A stretch of DNA of 64,000 bases. Source: Octopus vulgaris (Eukaryota). The notes below the pieces were generated by a model. It saw nothing but the letters and a program-made list of their open reading frames with translations, did not search any database and had not been told where the DNA came from. Shown piece by piece: positions 52,620-64,000 of this stretch; the stretch's first letter is position 1, and each line of letters opens with the position of its first letter. The stretch is taken from contig OX597821.1 of NCBI GenBank assembly GCA_951406725.2, forward strand, positions 48,546,001 through 48,610,000, written 5' to 3'. The position numbers were made by a program, and so were the translations under genes.

Positions 52620-55600
52620 TTTTCTAACATCCGAGAAATTTGGTCGAAAAGTTTCTGGAAAGTTCCGAGGATTTTCTAATTTCGGGAAAATTTGGTCGAA
52701 GACTTCCTGGGAAGTTCCGAGGATTTTCTAACTTCCGGGAAATTTGGTCGAAAATTTCCTGGAAAGTTCCGGGAGTTTTCTAATTCCCGGGATAGTTGGT
52801 CGAAAACTACCTGGGAAGTTCCGATGGATTTTCTACCTTCGGGAAAATTTCGTCGAAAACTTCCAGGAAAGTTCCGAAGATTTTCTACCTTCCGGCGAAT
52901 TTGGTCGAAAACATCATAGAGAGTTCCGGGGATTTAGTAACTTCCGGGAAATTTGGTCGAAAACATCCTGGGAAGTTCCGATGATTTTCTACCTTCCGGG
53001 AAATTTGGTCAAATACTTCCTGGAAAGTTCCGAGGATTTTCTAACTTCCGGAAATTTCGTCGAAAACTTCCTGGGAAGTTACGAGGGTTTTTACCTACCG
53101 GGAAAGTTCCGAGGATTTTCTAACTTCCGGGAAATTTGGTAGAAAATTTCCTGGAAAGTTCCGGGGCTTCTAATTCCGGGATAGTTGGTCGAAAACTTCC
53201 TGGGAAGTTCCGAAGATATTCTACCTTCCGGCGAATTTCGTCGAAAACATCATGGAGAGTTCCGAAGATTTTCTACCTTCCGGTGAATTTGGTCAAAAAC
53301 ATCATGGAGAGTTCCGAGGATTTTTCTAACTTCCGGGAAATTTGGTCGAAAACATCCTGGGAAGTTCCGATGATTTTCTAACTTCCGGGAAAATTCGTCG
53401 AAAACTTCCTGGGAGGTTACGAGGATTTTTACCTACCAGGAAATTTCGTCGAAAACGTCCGGGAAAGTTCCGAGGTTTTTCTACCTTCCGGCGAATTTGG
53501 TCGAAAACATCATAGAGAGTTCCGGGGATTTAGTAAATTCCGGGAAATTTGGTCGAAAACATCCTGGGAAGTTCCGATGATTTTCTACCTTCCGGGAAAT
53601 TTGGTCAAATACTTCCTGGAAAGTTCCGAGGATTTTCTAACTTCCGGGAAATTTCGTCGAAAACTTCCTGGGAAGTTACGAGGGTTTTTACCTACCGGGA
53701 AAGTTCCGAGGATTTTCTAACTTCCGGGAAATTTGGTAGAAAATTTCCTGGAAAGTTCCGGGGGCTTCTAATTCCCGGGATAGTTGGTCGAAAACTTCCT
53801 GGGAAGTTCCGAAGATATTCTACCTTCCGGCGAATTTCGTCGAAAACATCATGGAGAGTTCCGAAGATTTTTTACCTTCCGGCGAATTTGGTCAAAAACA
53901 TCATGGAGAGTTCCAAGGATTTTTCTAACTTCCGGGAAATTTGGTCGAAAACATCCTGGGAAGTTCCGATGATTTTCTAACTTCCGGGAACATTCGTCAA
54001 AAACTGCCTGGGAAGTTACGAGGGTTTTTACCTACCGGGAAATTTCGTCGAAAACTTCCGGGAGAGTTCCGAGGATTTTCTAACTTCCGGGAAATTTGGT
54101 TGGAAATTTCCTGGAAAGTTCCGGGGGCTTCTAATTCCCGGGATAGTTGGTCGAAAACTTCCTGGGAAGTTCCGAGGGATTTTCTACCTTCCGGGAAATT
54201 TCGTCGAAAACATCCTGGAAAGTTCCGATGATTTTCTAATTTCCGGGAAATTTCTCGGAAATTTCCGTGAAAGTTCCGATGATTTTTTTTACTTCCGGGA
54301 AGTTTGGTCGAAAATTTCCTGGAAAGTTCCCAGGGTTATCTAATTCCCCGGGTAGTTGGTCGAAGTACCGATGATTTTCTACCTTCCGGGAAATTTCGTC
54401 GAAAACTTCATGGAAAGTTCCGAGGGATTTTCTACCTTCCGGGGAATTTGGTCGAAAACATCATGGAGAGTTCCGAGGATTTTCTAACTTCCGGAAAATT
54501 TGATTGAAATTTTCCTGGAAAGTTCCGGGGGCTTCTAATTCCCGGGATAGTTGGTCGAAAACTTCCTGGGAAGTTTCGAGGGAAAACATCATGGAGAGTT
54601 CCGAGGATTTTTGTAACTTCCGGGAAATTTAGTCGGAAACATCCTGGGAAGTTCCGATTATTCTCTAACTTCCGGGCATTTTCGTCGAAAACTTCCTGGG
54701 AAGTTACGAGGGTTTTTACCTACCGGGAAATTTCGTCGAAAACTTCCGGGAAAGTTCCAAGGATTCTCTAACTTCCGGGAAATTTGGTCGAAAATTTCCT
54801 GGAAAGTTCCCAGGGTTTTCTAATTCCCGGGATAGTTGGTCGAAACTTCATGGGAAGTTCCGAGGGATTTTCTACCTTCCGGGAAAATTTGTCGAAATCT
54901 TCATGGAAAGTTGGTCGAAGTACCGAGGATTTTCTACCTTCCGGGAAATTTCGTCGAAAACTTCATGGAAAGTTCCGAGGGATTTTCTACCTTCCGGGGT
55001 ATTTGGTCGAAAACATCATGGAGAGTTCCGAGGATTTTCTAACTTCCGGAAAATTTGGTTGAAATTTTCCTGGAAAGTTCCGGGGCTTCTAATTCCCGGG
55101 ATAGTTGGTCGAAAACTTCCTGGGAAGTTTCGAGGGAAAAACATCATGGAGAGTTCCGAGGATTTTTGTAACTTCCGAGAAATTTGGTCGGAAACATCCT
55201 GGGAAGTTCCGATTATTCTCTAACTTCCGGGCATTTTCGTCGAAAACTTCCTGGGACGTTACGAGGGTTTTTACCTACCGGGAAATTTCGTCGAAAATTT
55301 CCGGGAAAGTTCCAAGGATTCTCTAACTTCCGGGAAATTTGGTCGAAAATTTCCTAGAAAGTTCCCAGGGTTTTCTAATTCCCGGGATAGTTGGTCGAAA
55401 CTTCATGGGAAGTTCCGAGGTATTTTCTACCTTCCGGGAAAATTTGTCGAAATCTTCATGGAAAGTTCCGAGGATTTTCTACCTTCCGGCGAATTTGGTC
55501 GAAAACATCATGGAGAGTTCCGGGGATTTTCTAAATTCCGGGAAGTTTCTTCGAAAACTTCCTGGGAAGTTACGATGATTTCCTGGAAAGTTCCGGGGGT

Positions 55601-55972
55601 TTTCTAATTCCCGGGATAGTTGGTCGAAACTTCCTGGGAAGTTCCAAGGGATTTTCTACCTTCCGGGAAATTTGTTCGAAAACTTCCTGGAAAGTTCCGA
55701 TGATTTTCTAACTTCCGGGAAATTTGTTCGAAAACTTCCGGGAAAGTTCCGAAGATTTTCTAACTTCCGGGAAATTTGGTCGAAAACTTCCTAGGAACTT
55801 CTGATGATTTTCTACCTTCCGGGAAATTTGGTCAAAAACTTTCTGGAAAGTTCCGATGATTTTCTAACTTCCGGAAAATTTGATCGAAAACTTCCTGGGA
55901 GGTTCCGATGATTTTCTACCTTCCGGATAATTTGGTCGAAAACTTCCTAGAAAGTTTCGAGGATTTTCTAAC
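52620..55972. repeat. ~52-bp satellite array (~3.35 kb) with higher-order repeats
   Basis: Monomer ~gaaatttggtcgaaaacttcctgggaagttccgaggattttctaacttccgg; variant landmarks recur at ~596-bp and ~555-bp spacing. Confidence 0.95.
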
Positions 55973-56589
55973 TGTGTTAGATAAAAAAAGACTAATAAAA
56001 AACGAGGAATGAGAAAAATAAATGGAGACGTGATGAAAAAACTAGTCAGGTAGAGAGTGGAATGGGGAAAGACGGTTAGAGGTTAGAACAATTTCTAAAG
56101 TCTATGCTTGCGGTCTTCAACGATGTATAACATATAAATGCTTATTATGATGTCATTCAAAATAACGAAAACAAACTGGGTAGTGGTAGATACTATAATG
56201 AATTAGTATAATTGTGTTGTGCCTATTGCGCAACTACTCTAAAAGCATCAGATTGTACTGCTATTTTGATGGTCGATGAAAACATGGTTGCATCAAACTT
56301 TACATCATAGCTATGTGCATGCGTTTGTGTGTGTACGTATATACGATATATGATTTTTATGTGTGTGTGTATGTGTGTATGTATGCATGTATGTACGCAA
56401 GTATATGCATGTTCTAATTTATTTTTTAAAGAATTTTCACCACTTCATGAACAACTGATCTCCAACTAAAAGCCAAAGATTTTAGACTAATATTTAGGCA
56501 TATATGTATATATGTATGTATATATGTATCTATGTGTAACTATTCATGCGTGTGTGCGTATGCATGTATGTATGTAAATATGCATGTAT

Positions 56590-56895
56590 AGGTGTATGCA
56601 TATATCATTATATATATATATATGTAGTTGTTATATCTAAACTCCAGCAGTATGTAATACGTAATTTTACTGTGCCATTAATGGTTTGTTATTGTAGACA
56701 CAAATTCTAAAAGTACTTGAAACCACATGAAAATCAATACGACATAAACTATTTGAGCAGTCGGTTCTTTAATTGTAATTTCAAAATTAATTGTGATCGT
56801 TCTCGTTTTGTGAAAACTGGTCTCCTTAGATTAGTTCAAGGGAAATTACATAATCAAATACCCCAATAATCACAGGTATAAATTTAAAGTTGCAT
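56590..56895 (-). mobile_element. Dong/R4-like LINE C-terminal remnant
   Basis: FKFIPVIIG...Q.QTINGTVKI, similar to 19542-19700. Confidence 0.5.
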
Positions 56896-57855
56896 TCAAG
56901 GTGTAAGTATATGTAGCTATATAAACGTATGGGTTTCTTAAAGATCTGGCCATTAACAATGTGGCAAGAAGTTTTTGATGGTGTCAAGACGTGTATGCAC
57001 GTATAATGAAGCCATTTTCTGCAATTCTCATCATACATTGTGTATCCTTTATTTTCACAGTTCTTAACAGGCTTTAAAGACCTTCCATATTTTATTGTCT
57101 GTGCTTCCACAATATTCAATATTCTCACATTTGATGACAGATGCATTGTTCACTTGTTCTTTTGTATGTAAAGAGTTCCTCTTTGTTATCAATAAGGACT
57201 GAACTTTCCTAGAATTCGTTCAATCACTTCTGAATCTTAACACCGTGCAATAACTGACTTCACTATCAATGTTCAATATACTTGAGAATAGATTGAATAG
57301 AATCGAAAAAATAAATAACAACAATAATATAGAAGATTCTGATGAAATTGCTCTTGTTTTTAATATATATATTTTTTGTATCTTTCTCAGAAATATTATT
57401 GTTCTGTTCAAAACCAATATCTATTCCTCTTGCTGGCTTTGCTTCTCATTCTTTAGTGATATCTCTAAATAGAATATTGATTTGTCTGCTGAAGTGCAGC
57501 AAAGAAAAACAAGTAAAAAGTTTTTTAAAATCACCAACAGAAAAGCATAAAATTGTGTCAAAGATTCCAAGTTTTGAAGCAATGGCTCAATGTCTGCTCT
57601 ACTTTGACATAGACGAACAGTCATTGGTTGATTCTGGCCAATAATGGAGACATTCAAAACTAAAATGAATAAATGCATGAATGAATAAACCAATGATTGA
57701 ATGAATAAATACATGAATAAACGAACAAGCGAATGAATGAATGAAGTAAAGGAGGAAGGAAAAAGGAAGGAAGGAAGGAAGAAAACCTTTTTCCAGGAAT
57801 ATTTTTCTTATGAAGTGGGCGCAATTATTACACTTTTATAATTGTTTGAAGTCAG

Positions 57856-58015
57856 TGGGTGGTGGTGGTGGTGGTAGTGGTGGTGGTGGTTGGCGGTGGC
57901 AGCGGCGACGACGACGGTGGCGGCGGAGGTGATGGCGGCGGCGGCGGCGGTGATTGCGGCGGCGGTGGAGGTGATGGCGGCGGCGGTGATGGCGGTGGTG
58001 GTGGTGGTGGTGGTG
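57856..58015. repeat. (GGT/GGC)n GC-rich trinucleotide repeat
   Basis: Direct reading of sequence. Confidence 0.9.
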
Positions 58016-58039
58016 TGATCGGACAGTGTTCAATATATT

Positions 58040-58600
58040 TGGCTTCCTGATATGTCGACTCTATATCCTGTATCTCCAACATCATACATTAACATCCTCT
58101 GCTATTAAGGTTTCTAAAGAAAGCTTTCCAGCTCCACAAACACCACACCATCTACATTTATCTTTTCGTTAGGAGATATACTAACCTTAGCATGAATGAA
58201 ATTAACGTTATCTTGGCGGCCCGCAAATCCATTATTGACCTTGACAACAAATTCTGGACCGGAAAGGACACTCCCAATTGCTTTGATATCACAATGGGCT
58301 CTGCAGACTCCGCCCAAGTGACTGATATTGTTAGAATCTATCTTCTATCCGACCTGCATGATGAATTTCCTGAAATCGGAGGAGGGCTGTATAGACATGA
58401 TGCACTTTTCATTATAAAAAATGCATCCAATAGAAAATTAGAACTACTTAGGAAAAAGATTTTATAAGATTTTTAAAAGGTATGGCCTTTCTATCTATCG
58501 AGAGGGACAATAATTATATTAACTTGGTACTATAACCTACCTGATCATCATACTGTGCTGAAAAGGTCAACGTCCATATCAATATTTTTAATTGTGACTC
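58040..58600 (+). mobile_element. Penelope RT fragment
   Basis: D.STLYP.I..PLLL, ARKS, FDITMGSADSAQVTDIV, GGLYRHDAL; homologous to 46440-46900. Confidence 0.8.
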
Positions 58601-59011
58601 TTGCATTTTACCTTCCCATAAACTGTGAAACTACTTTTTTGGCCAAGGTAGTGAGCAGCATATCTGCTTTCCTTCTCGGTGATTTTCCCTCACTTACAGA
58701 TAATAGACATATGGTTTCATATACTCTCCATCTGTCAAGAGGGCGTAGTCTTAGCATATATCAACGAGTGATCCACTATTTTTGAGAAATTAGGTGGAAG
58801 TATTCCTCCAATTGTTTAAAAGCATACATATAACCCTTTCTTCCTTGTTCTTTCTCTTATAAATTTTTCGTGCAAGGTAGTACTACCTTTTGTATTATAT
58901 GCCTTCCATTACTGGAACTGACTTATATCGGTTAACTTCTTTTAACACGCCACAGATATTACGATGTAGATGTCATTGATGATGCTTTTGTTATTGTAAT
59001 TTATATTATAT

Positions 59012-62245
<3,234 letters not shown>

Positions 62246-62268
62246 CCGAAAACACCATATATATATAC

Positions 62269-62332
<64 letters not shown>

Positions 62333-62347
62333 ATGTATGTATGTATG

Positions 62348-62379
<32 letters not shown>

Positions 62380-62487
62380 TATATATATATATAAGGTGAT
62401 AAAACCAGCAAAGGCAATGTAGAATTGTGAGGAACCATAACCTCGCACCATCTACGGGATAATAAATACCCTATATACTACTGGATG

Positions 62488-62555
62488 CATACCTATGTAT
62501 TTACATCCAAATGCTTACTATTGCAAGGCAATAGCGAAATTGAATAATAGGTATG
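62488..62555 (+). ncRNA. Hammerhead-like variant candidate (AUGCUUA core)
   Basis: catacctat...ATGCTTA-ctattgc(aag)gcaatag-c-GAAA-ttgaa-TA-ataggtatg. Confidence 0.35.
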
Positions 62556-62595
62556 AGTTGAGGTAAACAAAAGTTTACCCAGAATCTATAAGGCA

Positions 62596-62983
62596 AAGAA
62601 GAAAATGGAGAAGATAAATAGTTGACAAGTGTCATCTTACAAACATCAATTAGATCTATTTATTAATTATAATCATATGGATAAATAAATAAATAATTAA
62701 ATAATAAGAATTAGTGAATACAATTTTACTCTTACACCGGTTTCTACTTTGGGGGGTCCAGCATATCAAAGTTGACACATCATACAAATATTATACAGAG
62801 ATCCTACCAAGGTTGAACAAAAGTTGGACAAAAGTAGAAATAGCTGTAAGAGTAAAATTTTATTCACTCATTTATCCATATTTTATTTTATTTATTGATC
62901 CATAAGATTGTAATTAATAAATAGATCTAATTGATGTTTGTAAGCTGATATTTGTCAACTATTTATCTCCTCCATTTTCTTCA
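62596..62983. repeat. Imperfect ~390-bp palindrome of PLE-LTR-like ends
   Basis: 62596-62697 vs 62882-62983 and 62714-62752 vs 62828-62868 are reverse complements; both arms carry GAAA-NNNNNN-TA-agag. Confidence 0.75.
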
Positions 62984-63019
62984 TTACACATACACACACA
63001 CACACACACTCACACACAA

Positions 63020-63306
63020 ACGATGTCATAAATAACAATGACAAACGAAAATACACCGCCGATAGTTGTTGTTGACAAACAACGGCAGTAATTTTATTCA
63101 GCTGAATACACGTCATTGATTGATTGAAATAACCGAAATATGAGAACTTCGACGTGAAATAACTTCGTAAAAGTAATTTTTTTTCCTCAAAAATGCTAAG
63201 AGTAAAAGATGTTTTATATGATACATTCTACCAGTGTCCGAAGTTTGTAAGTGTTTAGTAACAAAAAATTATTTTTTTAAATCTGTCGCTCAAATGGTAA
63301 AGACCC
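63020..63306. mobile_element. Second copy of the right part of the 44385-45745 element
   Basis: acgatgtcataaataa...cattctaccagtgtc.gaagtttg shared with 45460-45745. Confidence 0.8.
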
Positions 63307-63522
63307 TTGAAGTTTTTAAACAGTGAGAAATCAGTTTATTTGGAAAGAAACAATGCAGTTATTAATTAAGAAAAGAGATGAAATTAATGCATGCAAAATT
63401 TCACAGATTTAGCATCAATCCTTCAAAGTCAACCTATGAACTTTTCAGACAACCCTTGTACACTTACACACACACACACACACACATACATATACTTTTA
63501 TACATATATTTATACATACACA

Positions 63523-63583
<61 letters not shown>

Positions 63584-64000
63584 TTATTTCTAGAAGTGAG
63601 TTTGCTGAGTTAAAATGTTTCATACTACCAGGTGTATGCTATGAGAACTACAACGAAAATTGGTAGCGACGTGCAAATAATTTTGAGGATTTATTTGACA
63701 AGATTATTATTAGTCTATCAACTACTTTAATTAACCTGTTTTATGTTGAGAATGAAACAAAAGACCATTTTGATTTAGAAAACCACCACATTTAAAACCC
63801 CTGTCAATATGGTCTGTCTTCCTAATTACACCAAGAAAGTATGATATCTATTAGTTTTTTTTCTGTATTGTTTCATGTTGTGTCCGTCTCTCAGTGTCTG
63901 TTTTGCTTTTTCTCCTTCGTTTCCTTTGTTTTCATTTTCGTTTGTATTTTAGTATATTCACTTTCACATGAACAAAGACTAAACACGGAAAGATGCAAAA

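Noticed and set aside
52692-55578. Many overlapping repetitive ORFs, and a possible CRISPR-like array
   Set aside because: They come from a 52-bp (non-triplet) satellite; there are no unique spacers or cas genes, and the DNA is eukaryotic
57836-58085. Gly-, Pro- or His-rich ORFs
   Set aside because: Trinucleotide repeat with no flanking coding context or splice evidence

Overview
AT-rich eukaryotic, repeat-dominated DNA. The repeat families and (TA)n/(CA)n density point to an octopus/coleoid cephalopod genome, which is my inference. No intact host gene is recognisable, and almost all listed ORFs are microsatellite artefacts or transposon fragments. The window contains mariner, Tc1 and Tigger DNA transposons, hAT and Tc1/mariner MITEs, two non-autonomous Helitrons, RTE, CR1-like and Dong/R4-like LINE fragments, several tRNA-derived SINEs, multiple Penelope-like elements (PLE; RT plus GIY-YIG), a 3.3 kb 52-bp satellite, interstitial (CCCTAA)n and a ~590-bp fold-back palindrome. 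The most striking hidden signal is about 14 minimal type-I hammerhead-ribozyme-like motifs on both strands. Most have a short palindromic stem III, several sit in opposite-polarity pairs inside small inverted-repeat elements, and some carry covarying core variants (C3-G8, G3-C8 and possibly A3-U8).
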